From an uncultured Candidatus Saccharibacteria bacterium (GTDB taxonomy: Bacteria > Patescibacteriota > Minisyncoccia > SW-4-49-11): a stretch of 64,000 nt of DNA. Made by a program: the position numbers and the translations under genes. Below are positions 27,414 to 37,305 of the stretch, piece by piece (within the stretch, counting starts at the first letter, position 1; the number at the start of each line of letters is the position of its first letter). The DNA lies in assembly GCA_964585065.1 (NCBI GenBank), contig CAZPCB010000002.1, positions 68,886-132,885 on the forward strand, in the 5' to 3' direction. The notes beneath the pieces were generated by a model. The model ran no database searches. It was not told the DNA's origin and saw only the letters and a list, made by a program, of their open reading frames with translations.

Positions 27414-27935
27414 ATGGACGCATTGGAACCTCTATTTGGTAAAGTAACATTCAGCTCATTATCCGGTGACTTTGTGATTAGTATTGTATTAATTATTGGA
27501 CTTTCCATTTATATTTATCAAAAAGGAGTAAAAGATATTTTTATTTTAGCCCTTGCTCTCTATATTGGACAGGTAGTAGTATCAGTATTCCCTTGGGATA
27601 TTCCTAAAATAGGGAGTTTCCCAGGAGACGCGGTATTATTCATAGTATTATCTCTGGTGGTAAATTGGGGGTTACAAATATCTGCTCTTGGTGGTGGTTT
27701 ATCTATATCCAAGAAAAATCTAGGTCTTAATTTATTATTTGGAGTATCTGTCGCTGGACTTTTGTTGGTTAATGTATTAAGCGTCATCAAAACTCAAGAC
27801 AAATCTATTCTTAATACCATAGAACAATCATTATTTAGTAAAGAGTCATTTCAGGTATTTTGGACTATATCACCATTATTATTCCTCCCATTTCTCAAGC
27901 CTTCTGTCAAAAAATCTAGTTCAAAGAAAAAATGA
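27414..27935 (+). CDS. hypothetical membrane protein
   Basis: About 5 hydrophobic segments; stop overlaps the nrdR start. Confidence 0.7.
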   Translation: MDALEPLFGKVTFSSLSGDFVISIVLIIGLSIYIYQKGVKDIFILALALYIGQVVVSVFPWDIPKIGSFPGDAVLFIVLSLVVNWGLQISALGGGLSISKKNLGLNLLFGVSVAGLLLVNVLSVIKTQDKSILNTIEQSLFSKESFQVFWTISPLLFLPFLKPSVKKSSSKKK

Positions 27936-28384
27936 AATGTCCCCAATGTTCACACGTAGACACTCGTATTGTGGATTCCCGTATTTCTCGAGATAGTCTT
28001 ATTGTAAGGCGTCGTCGTATTTGTGAACAATGTAATTATCGCTTTACCACCGCTGAGACGAGGGAAGTTCTTGATGTTATGGTAGTTAAAAAATCAGGAA
28101 TAAAAGAGCGATATAGCAGCGAGAAATTATTAAAAGCTGTATCTATTTCACTGCATAAGCGCCCCTTTACCCAAGATAAAATACGAGATTTAATTCTCAA
28201 AATTGAAGTAGATTTATTCAAAAAAGATCCAAAAGAACTTCCAACCAAACAAATTGGAGATACCGTATTAAAACATCTTAAAGTATTCGATGAAGTAGCA
28301 TATATTCGATTTGCATCTATTTATCGAGATTTCCGTACTATTAAAGGATTTCGTCACGAAATCGATAAATTATTACAGGATTAG
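27932..28384 (+). CDS. nrdR: transcriptional repressor NrdR
   Basis: MKCPQC, VDSR, RRRRIC..C..RFTT.E, VAYIRFASIY. Confidence 0.95.
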   Translation: MKCPQCSHVDTRIVDSRISRDSLIVRRRRICEQCNYRFTTAETREVLDVMVVKKSGIKERYSSEKLLKAVSISLHKRPFTQDKIRDLILKIEVDLFKKDPKELPTKQIGDTVLKHLKVFDEVAYIRFASIYRDFRTIKGFRHEIDKLLQD

Positions 28385-28391
28385 ACCCTGA

Positions 28392-29117
28392 TTACATTTG
28401 ATTATATAATTTTAAAATTGTTGAAGTATCATCATAGGCGATTAATTCCCCCTTGTGTAACAATATACATTTATTACAATGTTGTTGAATCTCATCCATA
28501 TTATGGCTTACAATAAGAGCAGTTTTACCCATTTTTTTGAGTCTTTGTAATCGATTATTTACTTTTACTTGAAAGGCAGCATCAGTAGTGGCTGGAATTT
28601 CATCAAAAAGATAAATATCAGCATTAATATTTAAAATAAGTCCAAGAATTAATCGGGTTTTCATCCCTGTGGAGAGGAATTTAATTTTTTGTGAGGTATA
28701 ATCATGGAGTTCAGAGAAATTCACGATATTATTATAGATTTTAGCTGCATCTTCACGAGGAAGGCCAACTTGAAGCGCTTTTACAAGTACCGCATCCTCG
28801 ACTCTTCCTTCTGGATGTAATATTTCATCAGGCCCAAAAAAAGGTAATACTGATCCTTCTACATTGATATTTCCTTGATCAGGACTATGTACTCCAGCCA
28901 AAAGTTTAAGGAAAGTGCTTTTTCCACTTCCATTTTTACCAATAATACCAATCCATTCCCCTTGATTAATATCAAGAGTTATATCTTTAAGCACAGGATT
29001 AATAGTATTCTTGAATGATTGAAATCCATCCATTTGGCCTCCAGAGCGGCTAGTATTCTTACTTTGAAGATTAAAATATTTGGTAACACTATCTACCTGA
29101 ATCAATTTTTTACTCAT
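28392..29117 (-). CDS. Wzt/TagH-like ABC transporter ATPase (no adjacent permease)
   Basis: GKNGSGKST, LSTGMKTRL, YLFDE, VSH. Confidence 0.85.
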   Translation of the reverse strand: MSKKLIQVDSVTKYFNLQSKNTSRSGGQMDGFQSFKNTINPVLKDITLDINQGEWIGIIGKNGSGKSTFLKLLAGVHSPDQGNINVEGSVLPFFGPDEILHPEGRVEDAVLVKALQVGLPREDAAKIYNNIVNFSELHDYTSQKIKFLSTGMKTRLILGLILNINADIYLFDEIPATTDAAFQVKVNNRLQRLKKMGKTALIVSHNMDEIQQHCNKCILLHKGELIAYDDTSTILKLYNQM

Positions 29118-29439
29118 ATCAGTATTTTCTACAATATTATACTTAGTATAAAGAAATTTTGATAAAAAAGCAAGGTAAATATAAAGATTGAGTCTTTGAC
29201 CTAATGTAGATTGAATATGTTAATATAAGGGTATTAATTAATTAAACATATATGATACATTCCTATTGTGTTTATTTGGGTATATTTCAGGAGTAATTCG
29301 TGCTCAAGATGAAGACAATAATAATAAAATTATCAAAGCTATAAAGGAGCAAGATAATAAATAGGTTTTTATTTTAAGAGCAGTAATACCACTACTACGT
29401 ATTGGATGTATAGTAGCATTTTAAAATATAAAGATTGGT

Positions 29440-29523
29440 TGGTGCCGAGGAGAGGACTTGAACCCCCACGCTATAAGCACATGCTCCTAAGGCATGCGTG
29501 TCTACCAATTCCACCACCTCGGC
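29440..29523 (-). tRNA. tRNA-Leu(TAG)
   Basis: Reverse complement GCCGAGGTGGTGGAATTGGTAGACACGCATGCCTTAGGAGCATG...GGTTCAAGTCC...CCTCGGCACCA. Confidence 0.94.
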
Positions 29524-29668
29524 AATGGTATTATTCTACTATAGGTATTGACTTTTTGTCAATTATATGCTATACTTTCGTCCATCTCTCAAAGATAAGA
29601 CTAGATTTATCTATGTTTACCCTGTTTCTGATTAGAGTTTTGAGAGAAGATATTGGCTGTCCTATTTA

Positions 29669-30211
29669 ATGGATACATTATATATTGCAATGGCCTTGAT
29701 TGTTGGTGCCACAGGAGTTGTTCCTGCTAATCAACAAACTGTCATTGACAACTCGTATAACGAGTCTCAAATCTCTGTTTTACATGGAGTTAATTCAACC
29801 GAAACGGTTATTACCCCAAAACCTGCAAAGGTTAATGTAAAACAAGTAACTGTACAGACCCAAAAATCTTTCTTTGCTTCTGTTGAAGCTGAGTTAAGTA
29901 ATATTCCTGCTCAGGGTTCATGTTTCGACTATGTACCTGAGATGGCCCAAAAATATGGTGTTGATGCCGATCTTATGACTCGAATTATTCGAGCTGAGTC
30001 TGGTGGAAATGCTCTTTCTAAGAATAAAAACTCTACAGCTTCTGGTTGTGGACAGTTTATTCGAGGAACTTGGGCTGGAACTTTAAGACAAATGGGTCGC
30101 GAATGGGTAACCCCTTTCGATGCTAAGACTAATGTTGAGGCCATGGCTTTCAAAATCTCTCGTGGAGGTATTGGAGCATGGAATGCCAGCAAGTCTAAGT
30201 GGTCTAAATAA
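29669..30211 (+). CDS. secreted lytic transglycosylase (SLT/lysozyme-like)
   Basis: Signal-like N-terminus; IIRAESGG, ASGCGQFIRGTW, FD...N..A, W.AS. Confidence 0.82.
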   Translation: MDTLYIAMALIVGATGVVPANQQTVIDNSYNESQISVLHGVNSTETVITPKPAKVNVKQVTVQTQKSFFASVEAELSNIPAQGSCFDYVPEMAQKYGVDADLMTRIIRAESGGNALSKNKNSTASGCGQFIRGTWAGTLRQMGREWVTPFDAKTNVEAMAFKISRGGIGAWNASKSKWSK

Positions 30212-30225
30212 TATTAGATCACAGT

Positions 30226-30255
30226 ACTAAAAACTCCCCGAGGGGAGTTTTTAGT
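30226..30255 (+). terminator. intrinsic terminator
   Basis: actaaaaactcccc-ga-ggggagtttttagt. Confidence 0.85.
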
Positions 30256-30275
30256 TTATATATTTTGTCATTCCC

Positions 30276-30349
30276 GTAGGGAGCGACCTCTCAGTCGCCC
30301 AAAATAGACAATGGTTTTTAAGCATAGGCGACTGAAAGGTCTTTTCTAC
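30276..30349. repeat. GTAG-type REP doublet (REPIN-like)
   Basis: GTAGggagcGACCTcTCAGTCGCC ... GGCGACTGAaAGGTCttttCTAC inverted pair. Confidence 0.65.
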
Positions 30350-30438
30350 ATAATGCATATTTACAACACCCAACTCTTGCAATAAGAGTAAAACCATGCT
30401 ATTATATAGGTAACTACTAAGTTTAATGCGTGCTAATT

Positions 30439-30705
30439 ATGTTAAATGCAGCCTCAAAAGAGCAAATTATTGAAAAATTCCAAAGTCATAAAGATGACAA
30501 TGGGTCTTCTTCTGTACAAATCGCTTTAATTACTGAGAGAATTGTATATTTAACTGAGCATTTAAAAGTGAATCGAAAAGATTTTCATTCACGAAGAGGA
30601 CTTATTCATCTTGTTTCTCAAAGAAAAAAACTATTATCTTATCTTAAAAAAACTGATCCTAAGGCCTTTGAGACAATTGTCAAAGAACTTGGGCTTCGAG
30701 CATAA
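30439..30705 (+). CDS. rpsO: 30S ribosomal protein S15
   Basis: GSSSVQIALIT, HL....KDFHSRRGL. Confidence 0.95.
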   Translation: MLNAASKEQIIEKFQSHKDDNGSSSVQIALITERIVYLTEHLKVNRKDFHSRRGLIHLVSQRKKLLSYLKKTDPKAFETIVKELGLRA

Positions 30706-30720
30706 GCTCACCCTATATCT

Positions 30721-32781
30721 ATGAGTTTTAAAACCTATCAAACACAAATAGCTGGACAAATACTAAAAGTAGAAACAGGTAAATTAGCAAATCAAGCTGA
30801 TGGTTCTGTTATGGTATCTCTTGGAGAGACAACGGTATTGGTGACCGTGGTGATGTCGCAAAAAGGAGTGAATTCTAATTATTTACCTCTTTTTGTAGAT
30901 TATCAAGAAAAATTTTATGCCAATGGTAAAATTAAAGGAAGTCGCTTTGTAAAGCGTGAGGGGCGTCCTAGTGATGAGTCTATATTAACTGGTCGTCTTG
31001 TTGACCGGGCTATAAGACCTTTTTTTGATCAATCCATTCGCAATGAAATACAAGTTATTGTAACTACATTATCTCTTGATGAGCGGAATGATCCGGATGC
31101 ATTAGCTTTATTTGGGGCATCCCTTGCTTTATCTATATCAGATATCCCTTGGAATGGTCCAGTTGCGGCTCTCAGAGTAGGGCAGCAAAATGGAGCAATC
31201 ATTGTTAATCCTTCATTTGATGAGAGAGAAGAAGGAGATTTTGATACTATTATTACCTTAAATGCTGATGAGAGATTGGTGATGATGGAATTTGGAGGAA
31301 AACAAATCCCTGAAGCCACTATATTAAAAGCTTTTGCAGTAGTAACACCTGAAATTAAGAAAATTATAGATTTCCAGAATGCTATTATTGCTGAGATTGG
31401 TAGGACTAAAAGAGAAGTTACTCTCTCAGAATCTAATACTGAGATTATAGAGGGTATTAAGTCTCTCATAAAGGGACGATTAGAGCCTGCTTTATATGGA
31501 GATACTCCTGCTACCAAGGAGGCCCATCATATTTTATTAACTGAACTAAATCAGGCTTATCCTGACCATAGAGATTTGGTAGAACATGTTCTAGATCAAG
31601 AATTGGATGCTATATTTAAGCAGAATATTATTGAGCAAGAGAAGCGTCCTGATGGAAGAGCTATTGATCAATTACGCGAATTAAGTGGAGAAACTGATAT
31701 ATTGCCTCGCGTACATGGATCTGGATTATTTAATCGTGGCACTACGCAAACTCTATCTATTTTGACTTTGGGGTCTCCTGGGGAGGCTCAAATTATTGAT
31801 GAGATGAAAGATGAGATCAAAAAACGATTTATGCATCATTATAATTTCCCTCCTTTTTCTGTGGGAGAGGTTAGGCAACTTCGTGGTCCTGGACGACGTG
31901 AAATAGGGCATGGAGCTTTAGCTGAGAAGTCTCTGGAAGGAGTATTACCTAATATAGCTGATTTTCCTTATACTATTCGTATTGTAACTGAGGTGTTAGG
32001 GTCTAATGGATCATCTTCTATGGCAAGTGTATGTTCTTCAACTTTGGCTCTATTGGCAGCAGGAGTTCCTATTATAGAACCTGTAGCGGGAATTGCTATG
32101 GGTATTGTAGAGCAAAATGGTAAATATAAAATTTTAACGGATATTCAGGGACCAGAAGATCATTTTGGTGAAATGGATTTCAAAGTAGCAGGAACACGAA
32201 ATGGAGTGAATGCTATACAAATGGATATTAAAGGGCAAGGAATGTCATTGGTTATGATAGAAGAGGCTTTGGAGAAAGCTAAAATAGCTCGATTCACTAT
32301 TCTTGACACCCTCAAAGGTGTTATTTCAGAAGCTCGTAATGAGGTTTCAGAATATGCTCCTAAAATTGAAACGTTTGTAATTAATCCAAAGAAAATTGGA
32401 GAAGTTATTGGAACAGGGGGTAAAATCATCAATGGTATTATTGATGAGACAGGAGTAAAAATTGATATAGAAGATGATGGACAGGTGTTCATTACGGGTC
32501 AGGATGCAGCTCAGGTTGTCCGAGCCAAAGAGTGGATAGAAGATTTGGTATATGAACCGCAAGAAGGAGAAGTATTTGATGGGAAAGTGGTGAAAATCAT
32601 GCCATTTGGAGCTTTTATTTCAATAAAACCAGGAATAGATGGACTTATCCACATTTCAGAATTATCTAAAGAACATGTTAATAATGTGGAAGATGTGGTA
32701 GAATTACATCAGGATATACGAGTAAAAATTAAAAAAGTAGATGCGGAGGGAAAGATAAGTCTTGTTCCCTATACTGAATAA
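30721..32781 (+). CDS. pnp: polyribonucleotide nucleotidyltransferase
   Basis: RREIGHGALA, SNGSSSMASVC, EDHFGEMDFKVAGT, KH and S1 domains. Confidence 0.97.
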   Translation: MSFKTYQTQIAGQILKVETGKLANQADGSVMVSLGETTVLVTVVMSQKGVNSNYLPLFVDYQEKFYANGKIKGSRFVKREGRPSDESILTGRLVDRAIRPFFDQSIRNEIQVIVTTLSLDERNDPDALALFGASLALSISDIPWNGPVAALRVGQQNGAIIVNPSFDEREEGDFDTIITLNADERLVMMEFGGKQIPEATILKAFAVVTPEIKKIIDFQNAIIAEIGRTKREVTLSESNTEIIEGIKSLIKGRLEPALYGDTPATKEAHHILLTELNQAYPDHRDLVEHVLDQELDAIFKQNIIEQEKRPDGRAIDQLRELSGETDILPRVHGSGLFNRGTTQTLSILTLGSPGEAQIIDEMKDEIKKRFMHHYNFPPFSVGEVRQLRGPGRREIGHGALAEKSLEGVLPNIADFPYTIRIVTEVLGSNGSSSMASVCSSTLALLAAGVPIIEPVAGIAMGIVEQNGKYKILTDIQGPEDHFGEMDFKVAGTRNGVNAIQMDIKGQGMSLVMIEEALEKAKIARFTILDTLKGVISEARNEVSEYAPKIETFVINPKKIGEVIGTGGKIINGIIDETGVKIDIEDDGQVFITGQDAAQVVRAKEWIEDLVYEPQEGEVFDGKVVKIMPFGAFISIKPGIDGLIHISELSKEHVNNVEDVVELHQDIRVKIKKVDAEGKISLVPYTE

Positions 32782-32801
32782 TCACACAATAATACACAAT
32801 T

Positions 32802-33992
32802 ATGGCCGATCAAAATCAAAATACAATCCCAGGAACATTAAGAACTCTCAAAACTGATTTAGAGTTGAATAATAGTACCAATCCACAGGATAGATTACAG
32901 CAAGCAGGTAATTTTGTACAAGCAAGACCAGACCTTGAAAGTCCCGTAACGCCAGTAAACACATCTAATAAAGGAACTTTATCTACCTTAGATATTAATG
33001 ACTCAAAGCAAGATATTCCACAATCAAAACCATTAACTCCACAAGATTCAAGTTATTCTTGGAGTAATATTGATACGAGTACATCTACTACTGTGGATAT
33101 CAAAAAAGATATAGCTGCTCCTAATCTTTCAGTTACAAAGCCAGAATTAAAATCTGGATTTTCAGCTTTAGATACATCTGTAGATTTGCCATTAAGCGAT
33201 ACAGCAAAAGTTGATTCTAATCCTTCTACCATCCCCCCACTTAGTAATATCCCAGATTTTACCGGCCCAGAAGATACTGCTACTGAATCACCAAAATCAT
33301 CATCAAAAGCTATTATTACAGGAATTGTGGTTATTGTGTTATTAGGCCTTATTGGTTCAGGGATATATGTGTATACTACTCGATCAACTCCAACCACAAC
33401 TCCAACCACAACTCCAACCACAACTCCAACTCCAACAATTGCTGCTAAACCATTATTCACAGGTATTACAAAAAGTGATATAGAATTTAATGATATTGAG
33501 CCAATACGTAAAACGATCATTACAAGTCTTAATGGACAAAAAGCTCAATTTATAGAATTAAATTTGACTAAAGATAGTAAAAAAGTTTCTTTGGTTGATA
33601 TATCTACAGCTTTTGGATTGAATATCCCTTCAGCTATTACAGATAATGTAGCTGAATATTGGCTATATGGATATAATCAAGAAGGTATATATAAGTTAAC
33701 AGCTGCAATTCAATTGAAGACAGGACAAACAGCAAATACTCTTGTGGATAATTGGTCAACTGCAATACCTCGTGATTTAATGGCATTCTCACTAAGCTCA
33801 GCCTCCCGTATTGTGAATAAACCAGATATTACAAAGGTATCTATAACTAATAATTCAGGTAAAACATTTACTAATTATTATTATAATTACACCTCTCCAA
33901 CCGACTCGGCAGATGTGTCAAGTGTGGAAAACTATATTGTCATAGCCTCATCTCAGAGTTCAATGACCTATCTTTTGAATCAAATAAAATAA
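32802..33992 (+). CDS. single-pass membrane protein with disordered N-terminus and TTP linker
   Basis: LRTLKTDL N-terminal motif, TM AIITGIVVIVLLGLIGSGIYVY, Thr/Pro linker. Confidence 0.8.
   Translation: MADQNQNTIPGTLRTLKTDLELNNSTNPQDRLQQAGNFVQARPDLESPVTPVNTSNKGTLSTLDINDSKQDIPQSKPLTPQDSSYSWSNIDTSTSTTVDIKKDIAAPNLSVTKPELKSGFSALDTSVDLPLSDTAKVDSNPSTIPPLSNIPDFTGPEDTATESPKSSSKAIITGIVVIVLLGLIGSGIYVYTTRSTPTTTPTTTPTTTPTPTIAAKPLFTGITKSDIEFNDIEPIRKTIITSLNGQKAQFIELNLTKDSKKVSLVDISTAFGLNIPSAITDNVAEYWLYGYNQEGIYKLTAAIQLKTGQTANTLVDNWSTAIPRDLMAFSLSSASRIVNKPDITKVSITNNSGKTFTNYYYNYTSPTDSADVSSVENYIVIASSQSSMTYLLNQIK
33384..33437 (+). repeat. 12-bp coding tandem repeat (caactccaacca)x3 plus partial copies
   Basis: Encodes TPTTTPTTTPTTTPTPT. 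Confidence 0.85.
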
Positions 33993-34044
33993 ATTGTGGA
34001 TAAGTCCTCTAGTCTGTATATAATTAAACTGATAGAATACAAGA

Positions 34045-34378
34045 GTGAGGTATAGAGTAATCATACAATCACAAGTATTGGTACATATTGGTCCTTAGTT
34101 ATATATATACTTGTGATTGAATTCTTGCTCTAATCTTTACAATCATAAACAAAAACTCAAATAAAAAATCGTTTAAGTAATATAAAAACAAAGTCCTAAA
34201 AAATATGCACCTTTGGCAAAAATAAAAAGGCGTTAGCCAAAGATTAGAAAAGAATATCTATTTTCTGGCAATCTCTATATATACCGCGAGGTTGTCAGAA
34301 ATAGAGCAAAATAAAATACTCTTACCCCCCTTTACACCAACAGAGTTAAGAAGGAGAGGGAAGAGTATTTTGTTTTTA
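34045..34378 (+). ncRNA. candidate structured non-coding RNA (four hairpins)
   Basis: Stems at about 34054-34131, 34211-34242, 34257-34305, 34313-34371; TGATAGAAT extended -10 upstream, T-rich tail. Confidence 0.35.
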
Positions 34379-34451
34379 ATTTTAATACCTTTTTGTGAAA
34401 ATATTCTGATATGCTATAATAGGAATAAGAAAAAAGTAAAAAACAACTCTT

Positions 34452-35771
34452 ATGAGAGGAGAAAAACAAAAAGGTTTTACATTATTAGAGGTACTTCTGG
34501 TAATAGCTGTAATAGGGATATTGGCAGCAATAGTATTGATAGCCATAAATCCAAATAAACAATTAGCCCAAGCAAGGAATGCAGAGAGAAGATCAGAAGT
34601 AAATACGCTATATAAAGCATTAGAACAATATCTAATAGATAATCAAGGATATCCAGTAGGAATAACAGAGACAGAGCAAGACATATGTATAAATAATAAT
34701 ACGACAGGATGTGTAAATCTAGGAGTATTGGTACCAGATTATGTAGCAGGTATACCAAAAGATCCAAGTGGAATAAGTTATAAGATAGGAATAGTAGATA
34801 GTAGGGTAAGAGTAAGAGCATCAGAAGCAGAATTAGGATCAACAATAGCAATAAGTGGAAGTGGGGGGAATATTGTAGCCTCGATAGCATTTGATTTAAA
34901 CATATCTCCAGCTATTTCAGGAAAAACTCAATGGAATTTCTTTTCAGATGGATCTCTAAATTTTTCTACACATGGTGAATGGACTATTATCCCATTGAGA
35001 GATATTACTGTTAACACTAAAATTTGGGGTGCAGGAGGAGCAAGTGGAGCAGTGTGGACTACGTCAAATTCTCTTACTGAAATCAGTCGTATGGGGAGCG
35101 GTGGTTCTGGAGGGTACAGTACAGGCTCTATTATACTGACAACTGGAAATACGTATATAATCCAAGTTGGTGAAGGAGGTAGTCGTCGCAATGGTATTGA
35201 TAGTAATGGTGGTGCAACATATCGTGCGGGGGGGTCCAATTCAAATATTGGAGGAGCTCAAGGTGGTGGATACTCGGGTATATTTATAACTAGTGTCATA
35301 CAGTCAAATGCTGTTATTATGGCTGGTGGAGGTGGTGCAGGATATGATCAAGATGGTGGGTGGTGTCCTTCTTCTGGTTCATCAGGAGCAGGTGGTGGTA
35401 ATGATGCTCAGAATGGGTTCAGTGCAGGTTTTCAGGGGGGGGGAGGTGCTACACAAATTGCTGGTGGTGGACCAGCAGCCTTTAATAATACAACAGCTGG
35501 GTCTGCTCTCAGAGGAGGGCTTGCAGGTAATGCGCATTTTCATTCCGGAGGAGGGGGTGGTGGGTATTTTGGAGGCGGCGGAGGTAATATCTGTGGAGGC
35601 GGTGGGGGATCTGGTTTTATCAATCCTGCTTTTGTGATCAATGGGTCAACACAGACTGGTAATGGATCAACTCCAGCTAACTCTAGTGATCCTATGAGAT
35701 TAGATTCGGGACAAGGTAGTGATAGTACTAGTAAGGCCACGGATGGGCGTATTATATTAATGCCTATTTAA
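34452..35771 (+). CDS. type IV pilin-like protein fused to a glycine-rich domain
   Basis: KGFTLLEVLLV prepilin cleavage site; C-terminal WGAGG...GGSGGY...IQVGEGG...GGGGGGYFGGGGG. Confidence 0.88.
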   Translation: MRGEKQKGFTLLEVLLVIAVIGILAAIVLIAINPNKQLAQARNAERRSEVNTLYKALEQYLIDNQGYPVGITETEQDICINNNTTGCVNLGVLVPDYVAGIPKDPSGISYKIGIVDSRVRVRASEAELGSTIAISGSGGNIVASIAFDLNISPAISGKTQWNFFSDGSLNFSTHGEWTIIPLRDITVNTKIWGAGGASGAVWTTSNSLTEISRMGSGGSGGYSTGSIILTTGNTYIIQVGEGGSRRNGIDSNGGATYRAGGSNSNIGGAQGGGYSGIFITSVIQSNAVIMAGGGGAGYDQDGGWCPSSGSSGAGGGNDAQNGFSAGFQGGGGATQIAGGGPAAFNNTTAGSALRGGLAGNAHFHSGGGGGGYFGGGGGNICGGGGGSGFINPAFVINGSTQTGNGSTPANSSDPMRLDSGQGSDSTSKATDGRIILMPI

Positions 35772-36082
35772 TCAAACTATAATCTTTTAACGAGGTTTTA
35801 ATTGATTTATAATATATGGCTATAACAAAGAAGTTGTAGATATAATTAGTTAGATTTCGAAAAAATCAATTAAATTATATTAACTGTACTTAATGCTATT
35901 CTTTCTTCATAGCTTATTGAATATTTATCTGTTCGTCCACATACTTCTCTTAACTATCTTACTTCTTTTCAATTCCTTGATTTAATATCTACGATCTCCC
36001 CCATCTCATACATAATATTGACAAGATATTAAAACTGTCCTATACTAGTGAATAGATTATTGATAGTGAGTTATTACAACCT

Positions 36083-36316
36083 ATGCTCGAAAGCCAGGAT
36101 TTGAACGAAAAAAACCTTCTTATACAAGAAGGCATTGTAAGTGAGGTATTGCCAAATACAACCTTTCGTGTTATACTGGAAAACAATTCGGAGATATTGG
36201 CTCATCTTTCGGGGAAAATGCGTATGCATTATATCAAAGTATTGCCAGGAGATAAGGTTACTGTAGAACTGAGTGCCTATAATCTCACACAAGGAAGAAT
36301 TACTAGAAGGAATTAG
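36083..36316 (+). CDS. infA: translation initiation factor IF-1
   Basis: [28 protein letters not shown]. Confidence 0.95.
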   Translation: MLESQDLNEKNLLIQEGIVSEVLPNTTFRVILENNSEILAHLSGKMRMHYIKVLPGDKVTVELSAYNLTQGRITRRN

Positions 36317-36324
36317 GATATCAT

Positions 36325-36441
36325 ATGAAAGTTCAGGCTTCAGTCAAAAAACGATGTATCAAATGTAAAGTCATCAAGCGAAAGCGAGTGATTCGTGTTA
36401 TTTGCGAAGCAAATCCACGACATAAGCAACGTCAAGGATAA
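36325..36441 (+). CDS. rpmJ: 50S ribosomal protein L36 (below the ORF-track cutoff)
   Basis: Hand translation [38 protein letters not shown]. Confidence 0.96.
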   Translation: MKVQASVKKRCIKCKVIKRKRVIRVICEANPRHKQRQG

Positions 36442-36459
36442 TATAAGATAGAGTAAATT

Positions 36460-36843
36460 ATGGTTAGAATTGCAGGAGTTGTCATCCCAGAGTATAAAAA
36501 CGTTGAAATTGCACTCACCTATATATATGGTGTGGGACTTACTCGTTCTCAAAAGGTTTTAGCTATAACCGGTATTGATCCTTACAAGAAAGCAAAAGAA
36601 TTAGATGAAAAAGAAGTAGCCCTTCTTAAAGAATGTATTGAAAAGAATTATAAAATTGAAGGAGATCTTCGAAGAGAAGTAGCTACTAATATCAAGAGAC
36701 TTAAAGATATTGGATCATATCGAGGAAGTCGACATGCAAAAAAACTTCCAATTAAGGGAAGAACAAAAACAAATTCTCGAACTATTCGAGGAAATGTTGT
36801 CCGAACCATGGGTAGTGGGCGAAGAAAAGTAGAGAAGACATAA
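36460..36843 (+). CDS. rpsM: 30S ribosomal protein S13
   Basis: RIAGV, IALTYIYGVG, IEGDLRR, YRGSRH. Confidence 0.96.
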   Translation: MVRIAGVVIPEYKNVEIALTYIYGVGLTRSQKVLAITGIDPYKKAKELDEKEVALLKECIEKNYKIEGDLRREVATNIKRLKDIGSYRGSRHAKKLPIKGRTKTNSRTIRGNVVRTMGSGRRKVEKT

Positions 36844-36860
36844 TCATTAAATAAGTATTT

Positions 36861-37289
36861 ATGGGAAAGAAGCGCGTTGCACAGAAGGGAGATACAGCAT
36901 CTGGACTAAAAGTCGGGGTAAAGGAAACTTCATCTAAGAAAAAAGTATCTCGAGGAATCGGATATATTATTTCTACATATAACAACACTATGGTTTCTTT
37001 AGCTGACCTTTCAGGGAATACTCTTGCATGGTCTTCCTCTGGAGCTCTTGGATTCAAAGGAGCAAAAAAAGCAACTCCATATGCTGCTACTCTTGTTGCA
37101 AAAACTGTAGTAGAAAAAGTAAAGAAAACTGGGCTTGAGGATATTAAGGTTATTATTAAAGGTGTAGGACCAGGAAGAGAAGCTTCTATTCGAGGTCTTG
37201 CAGCAGCTGGACTCAATATCTTGTCCATTAAAGATTTGACTCCAGTTCCTCATAATGGAACCCGTGCACGTAAGCCAAGAAGAGTATAA
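36861..37289 (+). CDS. rpsK: 30S ribosomal protein S11
   Basis: STYNNT, GFKGAKKATPYAA, DLTPVPHNG. Confidence 0.96.
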   Translation: MGKKRVAQKGDTASGLKVGVKETSSKKKVSRGIGYIISTYNNTMVSLADLSGNTLAWSSSGALGFKGAKKATPYAATLVAKTVVEKVKKTGLEDIKVIIKGVGPGREASIRGLAAAGLNILSIKDLTPVPHNGTRARKPRRV

Positions 37290-37305
37290 TTGAGTATAAG
37301 AGTAT

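Noticed and set aside
29248-29364. Short frame ...FLLCLFGYISGVIRAQDEDNNNKIIKAIKEQDNK*
   Set aside because: No in-frame ATG and too short to support; possibly a decayed gene.
29406-29669. 87-aa ORF
   Set aside because: Antisense to tRNA-Leu(TAG) and spans a promoter.
33743-34003. Second oriC candidate (TGTGGATAA 33743 and 33995, TGTGGAAAA 33923)
   Set aside because: Boxes are sparse, mostly intragenic and have no nearby parS; a weaker candidate than 17671-17717.
34292-34890. ORFs 34292-34558(+) and 34477-34890(-)
   Set aside because: Alternative-frame or antisense shadows of the hairpin region and the codon-biased pilin gene.
35860-36013. Purine-rich minus-strand stretch starting ATGTATGAGATGGGG
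   Set aside because: Interrupted by stops and with no recognisable homology; cannot be called.
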